This document shows, piece by piece, positions 1-13,142 of a DNA stretch of 64,000 bases. Under the pieces are notes generated by a model. It saw only the letters and a list, made by a program, of their open reading frames with translations, was not told where the DNA came from and searched no databases. A program made the translations under genes and the position numbers. Numbering within the stretch: position 1 is the first letter of the stretch; each line of letters begins with the position of its first letter. Source of the DNA: Phoronis australis (lineage: Eukaryota > Animalia > Phoronida); NCBI GenBank assembly GCA_002633005.1, contig NMRA01000476.1, positions 274,592 to 338,591 on the forward strand, given 5' to 3'.

Positions 1-399
1 TAGTAAATTGTTAAGTAAACCGGGAGATGCATCAATACCAATGTCAGTTTCCCACTTATGTTCATGTTTCGTTTTTGTATAACTGGAATATTTGAGAGAC
101 TAACATTAAAAGACATTACCGGGGATCCTGTCTTCAAACAAATTGCCTTGAGACTATAAAACAAAGTGAAAGGTGGAGAAAAGTCATGCCTAATAAACAA
201 GGATTGATGAGACATAAATAATACGTCAATATCTAAGAAATTACAAACATTAGTAATGCCTTATTTAAACCACTGGCTATGAAGTATTACATTCATATCT
301 ATTAATATGTTACTATATACCAGATTGGAATGTAAGAGAAGTCGTGAGTACACAAACACATAATTTGTGCTACATACGTAAAGAGCTCAGACCAAAATA

Positions 400-3300
400 C
401 ATTTTTAAAGTCTTGCACAAGTGCAAAGTAAGAAATTGGAAAAAATAAACTTGTCACTAGGGTAGCACAGCGATAGTCGGACCCGTCCAAGTGTCGTCGT
501 CATCGTCCATTGTCAATTTCAGATAAAAAAAAACTTGCCAACTTTATTAAAGATCCTGCAGAGATATTAGGCGATACAGCCACAGACGCAAAAACTACCA
601 CTATGAGGCGCATTAGTAGTCTGGATCGTCCGAAAATCATCATCAGCATCTTCACACCAGAACTATATATGCCAATTTTCATAATTATCCTGAGAGTCGT
701 TTGGTTGGTTGAGGGGCGGAGGTTCAAAAGAAACTAGAACAGTGATCACTAGATGCCCCTCCCTGCATGTGCAGATCGAATCTCTGAATTTTGACCGGGA
801 GAGAAATTCAGCTGAACGCCAGCTTACAGGTTTATGAATAACAAAAACGTACCTCTGTTAGGTTGAAATAAATAAAAAAATAATAAAAATGTCCTTGAAA
901 ACAACAATTTCCGGGGACTATACCGCTAGTGTGCTGACGGATCCAGCAGGTGTCGAGACAAAGGCGGCCAGACGTAGGAAACTCGGGAGTCACAATCTGA
1001 GATAGCCCACCATATAGCCGCCAAGCTGAAAAGTGCGTATCTTGGAACTAATATATTTGTGTTTATTATAGCCTTCGAGTTATCAAGCAACATCGCTAAG
1101 TTCAGCTGCTCGTGTGGCCGTACAGTTTGATCAATAGTTTACGCTTTTCAACATCATTTTTCGGCTTAGGACTGACATGCCAAAAAAATGACTTATTCTT
1201 GAGCAGCATAACGGCTGTCGGTGCTACACACGCCATGTCAACACCGTTTCCCCATTCTTAGCGGACAATTTCTTGAGCTATACAATAAAGTAAGTTTTAC
1301 TCGACTACGTGTGGTTTGTCGGGTATAATGGCGGCTTGGAAACGCAGACGAAGGTGTGCCAAGAATGCTTTGTTCTGATTGGTCAATTAAGCCGTCCGTC
1401 ATAATCCTGGCGATAGGTCAATTGTGTGGCTAATAAAGAGGGACGGAAGCCAAAAACAGACCCAAATGCACTAAAAATTTTCACTGTGGCGCAAAATACC
1501 ATGAATCCATCCAAAACAGGAAGAGAACGTCATATCGGACTAATAGGAGCCTAGTTTCTAAATTTTATGAAAATCCGTTAGGAACCTCCGATGATACAGA
1601 GGTAAACGTAAACAACATCAACGTGGAGCGTAGAAATGCGCCAACGACATCATCGCAAAGGGTGTGTTTCTATGAGTGTTTTTAGTATCATAAAATGGAC
1701 ATTACAATTGAGAAGGTGGAAAAATCTCTGTAATACAAGACTATTTGACAAATTTCATGAAAATAAGCCAATGAAGTCCCAAGATGTAAAGGCAAACGTA
1801 AAAAATGGAGAGCACAACTATTGTCCGACTCGTCTGAAACGCATCGTCATCTGTTGCCATCTCTACAGGAGCCCGTCAGTCAAATTTTCTAGTGCAAAGA
1901 TCCTTTAAAGGGTTAGGGAGATACAGCTTATAGATGCAAAAAAAAAGCAAAATTGCATTTAAGAAGCGCCAGAATAGTCGAGAACATCTGAAAATCAACG
2001 TCATCCGGGGTCTTCTCATCAGGAACAGAATTGTCAATTTTCATGATCCTTTGAATGATTTGGTAGATAGAGAAAAAGACATAATTTGTGCACAAAAATT
2101 TAAATAGCCAACAGGTTGCGCAGAAACCGTCAAATCTGTCTGAAAATAGGAAGGCGTTGACGCCTCCTTAATAGAAACATATTCTACAAATTCCATGAAC
2201 TACGACGATACAGAGGCCACAAGTGAAAAATACATTTTGTCACTAGGGAGAACAGTAGTATTTGGATCAGTTCGACACTCGTTAGCATTTGTCGTCGGCT
2301 CCATAGGAATACAGCTTCCAAATTTGAATGAAGCTCCTTCAAAGGGTTAAGGAGATTTGACCGCAGATGCAAATGAAAACAAAATCGCCACTAATGGGTG
2401 ACACAGTATTCGTACCCGTCCATAAGTCAACGTCAGTCGTGATCGTCTCATCTGGAAAACACCTGTAAATTTTTATAATGATCCTTTGAGCGGTAACGCA
2501 GATACGGAGGCGGGTGCTAGAAAGTGGCCGCATGGGATAACATCATTGCCTTCTTCTTCAAAACCTATTTGTATATCTTTACCCAATTTCATTAAAATCT
2601 ATTGAGGAACTCCGAAGATACAGAGGCAAACGTAAAAGAAATAAATTTGCCACTAGGGGGTGCAGTGGTATTTGCATCGGTACGAAACACGTTGTCATCT
2701 GTCGTCAGTTGGATAGGAACACACCTGCTAAATTTGAATAAAAGCCTGCAGACGGTTTAGGAGATACAACCAAAGAGTGTATTGTACTACACTCCTTGAT
2801 ACAATCACGGACGCAAAAAAGCAAAACTGTCACTAGGAGTTACCACAGTAGTCGAAATGATCCGAAATCACCGTCATCTGTCCTCTTTGCAGTAGGAACA
2901 TATATGCCAATGTTCACGATCTTCCTTAGGGTGATTTGATTGACAGAGGGGGACGCCAAATAGAGACTCAAAAACAGTGAAAAGGGCCTCTAGATGGCGC
3001 AAAAAACGTGGAATCTATCCAAGCACAGGAAGGCAACTCCATCTCACTACAAGAAACCTATTAGCTAACTTCATAAAAATCCGTTAACGACCTCTGAAAA
3101 TACAGAAGTAAACGTAAAAACACGCTTCACCGGTAGTTTGAAAATTCGATCATGCCGTCCCATCCATAAAAGAAACATACAGGTGTACTTTCAAAATTTC
3201 ATGAACATACATTAAAGAATTTTGGAGATAAAGCAGCGGACGCCGGACGCCCGAAGGACAGACGGGCAGGGATATTGGCATAAATATGTGGGCGCATAAA

Positions 3301-3540
3301 AACTCAAATTGCCTCTAGGAGGTACACTTGTTAGAGATCCGACTAAAATTCGTTCATGCCGTCCCATTCATAAAAGCAACGTATAGTAGCGTCACAATTT
3401 CATGAACATACATCGGAGGTTTTTGGAGATAGAGCAGCGTACGACAGAAGATGGAGGCTGGACACTCGGATGCCGGACGAATTGCCTAGCGGACGGACAG
3501 GCATGACGGCGTAATGTAAATAATTATGTGAGCGCATAAC
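400..3540 (+). mobile_element. Degenerate mosaic of HINE-like monomers with two tandem 3' ends (interrupted about 790-1430)
   Basis: Monomers homologous to 22666-24214 (e.g. TTGCCACTAGGGGGTG at ~2648), GGAC-type microsatellite remnants, terminal GGGCGCAT (~3297) and GAGCGCAT (~3538). Boundaries approximate. Confidence 0.6.
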
Positions 3541-6127
3541 AAAAGGCATCAACGGCATACTTTAGAGTAGTACTCTAAGTTGCCGAAGGACACACTCTAC
3601 CTGTAGTTGGCTGAAACAATTTCTCGTGCTATGTCACTTTAATTGTTTAAAAGCAAAGCGAGTCTGTCGCTTCCTGGTTTACATGAGAAGCACCAGTCTT
3701 TTCCTTGGTCGACGACAGGTATGAGTTTAAGAGTCTGGCTGACGAGAAGCCTCTTTCAGTTGAGGCGGTGGTAACTGATTGTTAAACGAAGTCGTACCAC
3801 ACTTGGCATCCTCCTGGCAACTGGCAACTCTTGCATGATGGTCACCAAAGTGTGAGTACTAGTTACCTTTGTTGATCTTGCAAACTGCAGGTTGGCTTTT
3901 GCCATATCAACAACATCAGGGAGAAGAAAGATCTTTCTCATAATTGTTTCTGATTACTGACGTCAACTATTTCAATGTCGTCTGCTGATCATTTTTTACG
4001 TAAAATTTAGCAAAAAGAAACGCGTGAAGATAGGAAAACAACAGTATCAATGACATGATCAATTTTTTTTTTTATTTCAATTGTTCAGGATGGAGATTTT
4101 CAAGAAATCTGATACAGTTTTTAATATCATGTCATTTTTGTCTTAATTTTATGTTTTTCATGAAAATCGCAAAAGTCCTGTCTTAATTGACCTTCAAGCA
4201 AAAGCGAAAACTAGTAAAATAACAATATTTTGTTGAATAAAACATTTAAATTAACTAGGCATTTCATATAGGATTAGCCATTACTGAGTTAAGATGGTCC
4301 AAAGTTAGATATATTTGGACATTTTTCTAGGCTCCGATACATCTTTAAAATGGATTTTTACACTTTTGAGATTTTAGACCATGTTTAATAATTTTATAAC
4401 ACAAAATCTAACTATTCAAGCATTTATTTTGGGAAATAATTTAGGAGTTTTGAATTTTAAAAAAATATTTTTTGGTTTCTCGCCAAGTGATGTCATCAGT
4501 GGAAGACGTTGATCAGTTGACAGTATATTTGCAATGACGGATAGTAGTGATTTTGAAAATTATGAAGAATTAGAAGGCAAGCTTGACGAGTTATGGAGAT
4601 GGGGGTAAAGACGGCATTGATTTCATTTCTTCCAATGCCGAGTGCATGCGTTTGTCAGGAACCATCATATCTAATTATAGTGATGCTAACTGGATTTTAT
4701 TTCTGGTGAATGATTCTCGTTTCTGTCTTGTCTGTTCCAAAATTATGAAAGCTATGTGCCGTTCGGATTCGTCATTTCGGTCCAATGTCCGACTTCAGCC
4801 CTGCGCCGGCTGCGGTCGTGAGCTCAATCTACATGAGTACAGTGTTCGAGCTTCAGCAAATAAATGCGCTGGCCCGCCGGGACAGTTACTTGAATATGAG
4901 ACCACATTCGTATAGGGCTTATTCCACTGTTGTGATGTAAACACAAGATCTCTATTTAGAGAGTTTGAGAGAACCAAAATTAAATTCCTAAAAACAGAAT
5001 AGAGTCGTCTCTTCAATGAAATATGCATAGGGCTTATATGTGAGTTTACTGGCCCGGCCACGGTCACTGGCCCCGAGCCACCGTGTATTTCGAACGCTGC
5101 ATGCGTGGCATCTACATCCCATTTTCTTCTATTGGGTATAGACGTATATTTGGATAGCATGCATTCTCACAAAATCTTGAACAAGAATAGACTGATGTAC
5201 GGTGGCCCAAGAAGACATCGCGCGTTTGTTTTTTAACTATCTCAGGATCTCGAGATCCCCGAATAATTTTCCTCAGTGTGTCGCTGTACGTATAACAGTG
5301 TTCTGGCGCGTCGCATTGGAACACCATCTTTATTGCCAACAGAAAGAATGGTTCGCACAGTTTTTCGTTTCACCACTAAGCTAGTGACACATTTGTGGTG
5401 CATGAATCTATAATCATGTTGTTGGTCTGGCATCGATATTTGTCCATCTATGAAACCAATCACATCATCAATGTCTGAATAATGTTACGACGAGCGAGCC
5501 CTAGTCTTGACAAACAAACTCCGAAGGAGTCTAACGCTTATAATGATACCAAAGCGATACGCCAATTTCCATCAAACCATGGAACACTCGGTGTTGATCA
5601 TTCACTGCTCCACTATAGTCAGTTTTCTATTTTATCACTAAGTGTGCGATTCATGTTTTTAGATTGATACAGATGGATCAAAACGCACAAGCAAGTTAGA
5701 TATCACAATTAATGTTTCCTTTCAGTTTCGTTACATTGTCTTTTGCAAATTTCAGGCCGTAAAAGAGACACCTACTGGCAAGTAGGTACCTATGAGTCTG
5801 AGCTTAGCTCCCTAAGTGGGAAGGTATTGTTTTTTTTAAACACATATTGCTTTATGAACGTATAAAAAGAAAGCATACTTAGCGACTATAAATAGGAAAA
5901 TATTACATGTTTATTCAGAGAAATTAACTCTTTGACGACTGCTTTCATTCAAAAGTCAGATGATCGAAATATCGTTTCGAATTCCTTTTCAAGAGTTTAA
6001 AAGTAACAAATCGACAAATCACACAGGTCAAAGAAAGGAACCATGACTACAGGCCAACCCGCATTATTTACGTGACTATAACCTCAATAACCTTAGTGTA
6101 AGAAATTAAAAGTACAGTATTCATTTC

Positions 6128-6210
6128 TATGTATGTATGTATGTATGTACGTATGTATGTATGTATGTATGTACGTACGTACGTACGTACGTATGTATGT
6201 ATGTATGTAT
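6128..6210. repeat. (TATG)n/(TACG)n microsatellite
   Basis: Direct reading. Confidence 0.95.
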
Positions 6211-7480
6211 ATGTTCATAAGAAGCCAACACGGTTATAGTTGAATTCTGTTTTTTGAGCAACCGTGGAGGGCTGTCTGTCGTTACTTAACGTCGACTTCT
6301 TCTGTATTTCAAAGGACGGAAACGCACACACGTCTACAAGCATGCATATCACTGAATCCACCAATCCACAATCGAAGTGGACAGTGGATAAAAAACATAC
6401 TGTATTTGACGAACACTTTCAATTCCAAATCTGAAAACGACTGCTCCTTTATCCTATTGTTCTAGCAAGCAATATCAGATAACAAACTTTAACAAATCCC
6501 TGTAATTAACATGCAGCTGAAACAAGATTTATATATTCGTGCAATCATTAGCAAATCTTTGTTTCTCCGGTTTCCCGTTTTTTTTTGTTTTTGTATTAAT
6601 TTTCCGCTTGTTTTTAGTAAAAGGACCACATTCACTACGTTCTCAGAAATTTGAGCCCCCTATATTTTAGGCTGGGTGTTAGCATGCAAAGCCCGCCACG
6701 CCGGCATTACAGGCGTTCTGTCGTTCAGTAACTTTTCCAGATGAGGCCGGGTGATGAACGTGCGATAACATCTGGCTTTTGTTAACTGCCCAGCTCAGTC
6801 TATTGTCCCGTATGATAACAAGGAGGCCAATTATCTCCCAGGCTTCAGTGGAAACGCTAACCGAACGCGTATTGAACACAGTCAAACCCAGTGCGCTGGT
6901 ATCCGTTTGGACAGAATAGATTGTCTTAACTTCTGTTGTAGTTGAGCGATTTTGGTGATTCAAAAACGGAACATGATCCGAATTTGACGAGGAATTTAGA
7001 AATGGTGTTGGTTTAAGCTCAAACATGTTATAACTTAGCTTTCATTTTTATCAGCCCAGCTCAGTCAGTCCAATATATTGGTTCCTAAGTCAGTCAGGCC
7101 CTCCAACCATAAATGCCAGAATGGAGTTAATCAGTTGTGTGAGATACTGACTACGGGGGTAAACTTCCCAACTTGTTGTTGGGCTATAGAATCGAACAAG
7201 TTGGGAGCAACGGGATGTCGCCGTCGTGGACTGAAATGTTGGGCCCGCGGCCTTTATCCTAGATCCGCCACAGGGAGTTTAAAGAATGAACCAAAAAAGA
7301 CCATCTAAAATTAACTTGGGGACACTAGAAAGAACTTGAATAAATTATAATTGTTTCAAATTAGCAATTTCACGCATACCACGCAAAAAAATCCACACGT
7401 AGAGATTGTACCATAAAGCATCTGAGCAATGAAGACCACATATTCATCCGCTAGGATCGCTACTAGACCTAGAGACCGTT

Positions 7481-7582
7481 CTCGCTGGTTCACTGCGTGC
7501 CGTGTTCAATGAGCTATATACAATTTATCTCATTGGCCGTGTTAGCTAGCTACCAACTAGCGGCACGCAGGGAACCAGCGAC
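7481..7582. mobile_element. 102-bp MITE with 21-bp inverted repeats and a 9-bp target duplication upstream of NME5
   Basis: IR 7482-7502 / 7561-7581 (1 mismatch); GAGACCGTT at 7472-7480 and 7583-7591. Confidence 0.6.
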
Positions 7583-7766
7583 GAGACCGTTCATAGAAAA
7601 TACAGACTGGAATTAGAAATATACGTAGTATCTTATATTCATAAGTGATTGTACAACTAATAAAACTATAGTAAAAATATTTTGAAGTATGAGACAGTCC
7701 AATTTTTTGTTGGATATCGAAGAACTTTAGAAATTTTATTCGCGTTTTCTATTTTCACTGCTTTGA

Positions 7767-7793
7767 CGACCCCTAGCAACACAAACGGAAGTG
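7767..7793 (+). promoter_or_regulatory. RFX X-box-like half site (CCCTAGCAAC) and ETS-like CGGAAGTG just upstream of the NME5 ATG
   Basis: Motifs lie 60-90 bp upstream of the start codon. NME5 is a motile-cilia gene, a class typically regulated by RFX/FOXJ1. Function is inferred. Confidence 0.4.
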
Positions 7794-7853
7794 AGACAAG
7801 TGCAGAATACGTCGTTTTGTGATCATTGGGAGTTTCAACGACAATCTTGAAAA

Positions 7854-10465
7854 ATGACGGGTGAAACCGAAGAAACTATTTCAATGGAAGCTCCGTGTAT
7901 ATATGTTGAAAGAACTTTGGCTATTTTGAAGCCGGATACTGTGCACAAAAGTGAAGAAATCGAGGACATAATTTTGAGATCTGGTTTCACAATTCTGCAG
8001 GTAATTTTTGTCCTTCGACTACGTTGTCTATGTTGTCTTGGGGTTGCACATTGTGATATAGTACATACAGTATGGTCGTCGGAGCTACGGTTGGTGCCAG
8101 TTAATTCTTTAATTGTTCAATTTGATTTTCCAATGTTTATGAAAATGTTACAGGTTCGTCAGGTACTGTCTCTAACTTGGCAGTAGTCAATATAAACAGT
8201 GATCACCGTCTCTGGCTGGCCCACTAGAAACGGTGGAGCACTTGAACACTTGTAGGATCTTCATACGCCGGAAGCTTTTTCGGCGAATTATGCCTCATAC
8301 TGACTAAAACGTCAAGTCACATTGTTATAAATACCTTTTAGGCATAGAAGGACACCAGGAGGCTGTTGATGTATTTAATTCCTTCCAACTCGAAGAAATA
8401 ATCATGTTGTCAAACTTTTTCTTTGAGCAGTCCCTCATTCAGTTCCCAAAATCAGAACTCGGCATTTTTAAGATTGCGCACGGCAGGTTGTATGACGTCA
8501 TATCCCTGGTGTGTGCAGTGTCAGATAAATGACAAGGTTCCACTGTAACCTCTGTTTAATATAAGAACTCGACAAGTACAACATATGAAGCTCTTATAAT
8601 TACAGAAGCGCCGTGTCCATCTCACACCTGAACAAGCCAGTGACTTCTATGTAGAACATTATGGCAAGTTGTTCTTTCCCAGCCTTGTTGCCTACATGAG
8701 TAGCGGCCCCATCCTGAGCCTAGTTCTCGCTAGGGAAAAGGCCATCTCTTACTGGAGGGAGTTGATTGGACCGACAAATACATTGAAGGCCAAACAAACA
8801 CATCCTGACAGGTGAGGCAATGTTGTGTCCATGTAATTACTGTTAAATTCAATTACTTGAGGGCTCCATGAATAGTGAAAACTGATGGGTTTACCCTCAT
8901 TGTACTACCAAAATAAATTGTATAAATAAATAGATGAAGTGTAAGTTACTTGATGAAAATCATGAAATAGTCAATGACTGCTAAAAAATCTTGAGATGTT
9001 CATTTTTAACAGGTCATGGCTGCTATCTTTAAACCTTTGTTGATTTAATGGACAACTTTCAACAACATATTCGGTTTAATTTGCACTATGAGTCACAAAT
9101 GTCAGTTCAAATTATCTTAGCAGTTGTAGCTCAGTAAATCAGTGAATGTATTAAATGTTCTTTTGCTTACAAATGATGATGTTTTTTAATTGTTTGAAAT
9201 TTTTTTTTTGTGTGTGATATTAACATTGTCTTAATGTGAACCGAGATTTGTGTGCGTTGACTTTTCTTGATTATAATTTGGCATGCATTATTCATTGCCC
9301 TGCATGTCTTAGAAATTACTTGTGCATAAAAAAGTCTATCTGGAGTGTAAGCAATTAAGCAATATCAAGTTTGCCATAAAGTTGAACTGTGTAGTATGAA
9401 ATAAAATTGTTTAAGCGCTTTTCCGTAAGCGTTGTCTCAAGCTGTACACATGAAATGAAAATTGAATTAAAATTGCAAATTACTGTACAAGTATTATGAT
9501 GTTGCAAAAAGAGGAAGACGGCAAAACCTCATGCTACAACCAAAACACTTTCAAGCGTGTCCTGAAGAAAGTTTGTGGAACATAATGAATTGTATTAGCT
9601 CTTGGTGTGTTCTGTTGAGTGTTTCGAGTTCTGATTTTTTTTTCTGTGTGTTGGGCCCTCAAGTTTGGGATCTTACATCCGGTTATTGTTAGATTAAAAG
9701 GGCCAAAAACTAAATATAAGCTTTCACACCAAATGCTAGTAAGAGTGGTGTGTGACACAAAAGGAGTCCAGTTCAAATATTCTGTGGTAAATGAGAACAC
9801 AGCACTCTGTTAACTTACCGGTTAAAAAACTTTGTATCTTTTCCTCTGTTGCATTTCCGTCTTTTTTCAGTTTGCGGGCTGTTTATGGGACAGATGATCA
9901 AAGAAATGCTCTGCACGGCAGTGACAGTTTTTCATCTGCGGAAAGAGAGATTAGATTCTTTTTCCCTGACAGTAAGTTCTAGTTTTTGAACAACAGTATA
10001 AGTGAATGTGCAGCTTAAGTTTTCATTGCTAATTGAATAACAGTTTTCAACTATGTTGACTATATGGGTGCCAAAATGTAGAACACCACTGCACATAAAT
10101 AAATTTCGACTTCAAAGGCAGCAAAATCAATAATTCAAATTGTATTATATTGGCGAGTTTCAAAATAATTTGCCAAACTGTAGATTTCTGTCTTTTTCTG
10201 GGTAACCAAACTGGGCAACGAAATTGCCGACTTGTTGCATAAGCTTGCTGTACTGAAGGTCTATAACTCTGCACATACAAAAAGACTATAACTGATGAAT
10301 AAGGTGAACAAAACCAGTGCAGGTGGCCTGATGTCATTTGCTTATCAAAAAAACTTGAATAAGGATGTTGTGGAGTTAACTTTTATCAACGTTGCCTCTT
10401 GAAAACCATTGTTGTGCTAGCTTGAATAGATTGTTGGTCATTAGATTATAATATCAAATATGATA

Positions 10466-10505
<40 letters not shown>

Positions 10506-12211
10506 GGAAAACTTTCTTTCTTTACTATAAACATGTCTCATGATTTGTTGGTGCATGACAATGTAGTTCATGTGGTGCACTCAAGTGGATCTGCCACATT
10601 ACAAGCAAGGTAATGCAAGCTTAATTTCTAACCTTGGGTATGACAGGCCCAAAAGGCTTGAATAATGTTGGCTAGTGTGTACCCTGGAGCTTGCTTCATT
10701 CAGTTAGTAAGGTTCATTAAGCACTGAGGCATTTAGTGTTACAGAGGTGATGGTTTTCCAACAATTTCCTTAATAATGGTTTGCAAATCCCAGGTGTGGT
10801 TGAACCAGTAGCTGTGGGCCAAGCTGCACGCGACTATCTAGCCAGACACGTCAATCCAACTCTTCTCAAGGGACTCACAGAGCTGTCTAAACAAAAACCT
10901 CAAGACCCTGTGGTATGTATTCTTCATCTGGCTCCCCCAAATTTTTACTGTTATGTATTTCACCAAGCCATAGCCTAATCACTTTATTCTTCTGTGTTTG
11001 CATTGTTGTTAGTGATGCCTCCTCCCATCTAATGACATAATGTCACATTCATCCTGTGGCCATGACTGTATGCAATAACCTGTCACTGAAGTAAACTCTT
11101 GCAGTCAGCGATAAACAATTACCTCACAGTACTGGCAGGCATGTTTTCAGTGTCACTGTTCAAAGAGTTAAGCAGATTTGAAAATGTTTACACTGATAAA
11201 GCGGACAGTGTTAATTTCCTAGCAATCTGGAAAAAGAACAGCTGGTGCAGATAACACATTACTTTCTAAATAGTAACACCCTTTGGTTATTGGGCACAGA
11301 ATAATTTGAGGCTTATATTATCTATTCTGTATGTTGTAAGTTGAACATGTGTGCTTATTGGCCCAGTGCTGCCACCTACTTTCACTTGAGCATGTTGGTG
11401 AGTCATCAGGCTCCTTTTTTTGGGTGTGGAGACTAACCCAAATCCCGTGAAGCTATTTCTCAGTAGGACCCAGGTGACTCCACAACGATGCGAGAAAATT
11501 GCGAGTTCTTACAGAAGTTTAGAAGAACTGTAATTTTAACATCACATTCTTCACCATTCTCACCAGTCTGGCATCTGCTTACAGCCATCTAAGACTAATT
11601 TTATGAAAATGTCACCTTTAGAGGCTTGTGATATGCTTTCTCCTTAAATTTTGTAAAAAAAAAGAAACATAAAAGTTCCATTTCGTCAGGTTTACTTAAA
11701 TAGAAACACAAATCTAAAGGGGCATTTCACTCTTAAATTGATCTCATTATTTTTTCCTTGCTGTGATACGATGCTATTTCCACTGTCATCAAGAACATCA
11801 AAACCATCAGCGACTCAAGAAAGTGCTTCAGAGTTTATTGGGGTTAGCCAACCCTAACATCATGAATGCGAAAGCATGCACACATCGCCTGGTGTTGGTG
11901 CAAGTATAATTCTACCACATGAAGTAATATTAAGAGACTGATTTCCCTGAAATAGCTTAACAGGACGAAACGCAGCTTTAAAGCCAACATCCAGGTTTCC
12001 CAGTTGTACACTACCCAATTTGTTTACATCCAAGCAAGTGAACTGTAAGAGCAGTTAGTGTGATGCTTTGTCACCCAACACATATCTCCCCATTTGCGAC
12101 ATTGTATTGTATCTTGTCTCTTTCCAGGTGTGGTTAGCAGATTTCCTTCTTGAGAACAACCCCAATAAGCCGAGAGTGAAAGATAACTACACGGTACAGG
12201 AACCAAACTAA
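7854..12211 (+). CDS. NME5: Nucleoside diphosphate kinase homolog 5 (NDK domain + C-terminal Dpy-30 domain), 5 coding exons, 218 aa
   Basis: Exons 7854-8000, 8606-8811, 9871-9971, 10794-10912, 12128-12211; all GT-AG and phase-compatible (657 nt). Translation includes ERTLAILKPD, YMSSGP, WRELIGP, LRAVYGTDDQRNALHGSDS (phospho-His retained) and Dpy-30-like YLARHVNPTLLKGLTELSKQKPQDPVVWLADFLLENNPNKP. Confidence 0.95.
10464..10500. repeat. (AAT)n microsatellite in NME5 intron 3
   Basis: Direct reading. Confidence 0.9.
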
Positions 12212-12437
12212 GAGATAACACTCCAAGCCTCAATGCATCACTACCATTAAGTTTTGTTTGTATTTAACTATACTCCTTGTACAGTTTAAACCTATTTTTG
12301 AAGAGGAAAAGTCTATAATGGAGATGTTGTACCCTCGTTAAGACTTAATGTTGTAAATATTGCAAATACATGTATATTTATGTCTTTAAATCTGAGTTGC
12401 TTTTTGGTACACAGTATTACATGTGAAACCGTTTCAA

Positions 12438-12443
12438 AATAAA
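12438..12443 (+). terminator. Putative polyadenylation signal (AATAAA) of NME5
   Basis: First AATAAA downstream of the NME5 stop (about 230 nt after 12211). Confidence 0.55.
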
Positions 12444-12475
12444 TAACCAGTGTACTCCAAAAAATTTTGCTCAAC

Positions 12476-12481
12476 TTTATT
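12476..12481 (-). terminator. Putative polyadenylation signal (AATAAA on minus strand) of prosaposin module B
   Basis: TTTATT on + strand about 660 nt downstream of the module B stop (13143). Confidence 0.5.
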
Positions 12482-13142
12482 CTTTAGACCAAATCATGTA
12501 CAAACATATACACATACTTTCATTCAATGTTCTTCAGTTTCAGTAAAATTCATTACGTGGCTTCTCATTTTTTCACTTAATGTCCAAAACATTAGCATTG
12601 TGGAGTCGGAAGTGCCTAACCAAGCAATTGACATCCTAACAATACATTCAATGGTTTCCCCTTTCCTGATTAATACAAACATTACACAATATAAAATGGT
12701 TCATACATTATGAAATCACACCTAGTGATACAAAGATGTAAAATTACGTCACATTCTTTTAGTAACTTAAAACAAAATGGCCGACTTCACAAACTACAGG
12801 GTGTTCCAAAAACGTACCCTCAAAATTTTGAACACTAAAATAAATTCTTAATATTTTTTGAAAAGAAAAGAATTGCGAACTGACTTGTATAGTTAACAAG
12901 ATCACTTTTTAAGAAGACCATCCGACAGGTTTAAATTTACAGACTTATGGATTCGTTTTATAGGTCAACCTGTGTTACTAAAATCATGACAACTTTATAA
13001 TGGTTAAAATTTCTGGTTTCTGAGGCTTTCATGGAAGTCAACAGAGATTATAAAAAACAACATCAGATCTTAAATCTAAACAGAACAGAAATATGAAATA
13101 GCAGAGCAGAATATCAACATGAGGTGTAACAGGATGCACAGC

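Noticed and set aside
4530-5700. Cluster of short ORFs (e.g. IGFIDG) hinting at a decayed transposase
   Set aside because: Multiple stops/frameshifts and no motif I can assign with confidence; blastx needed.
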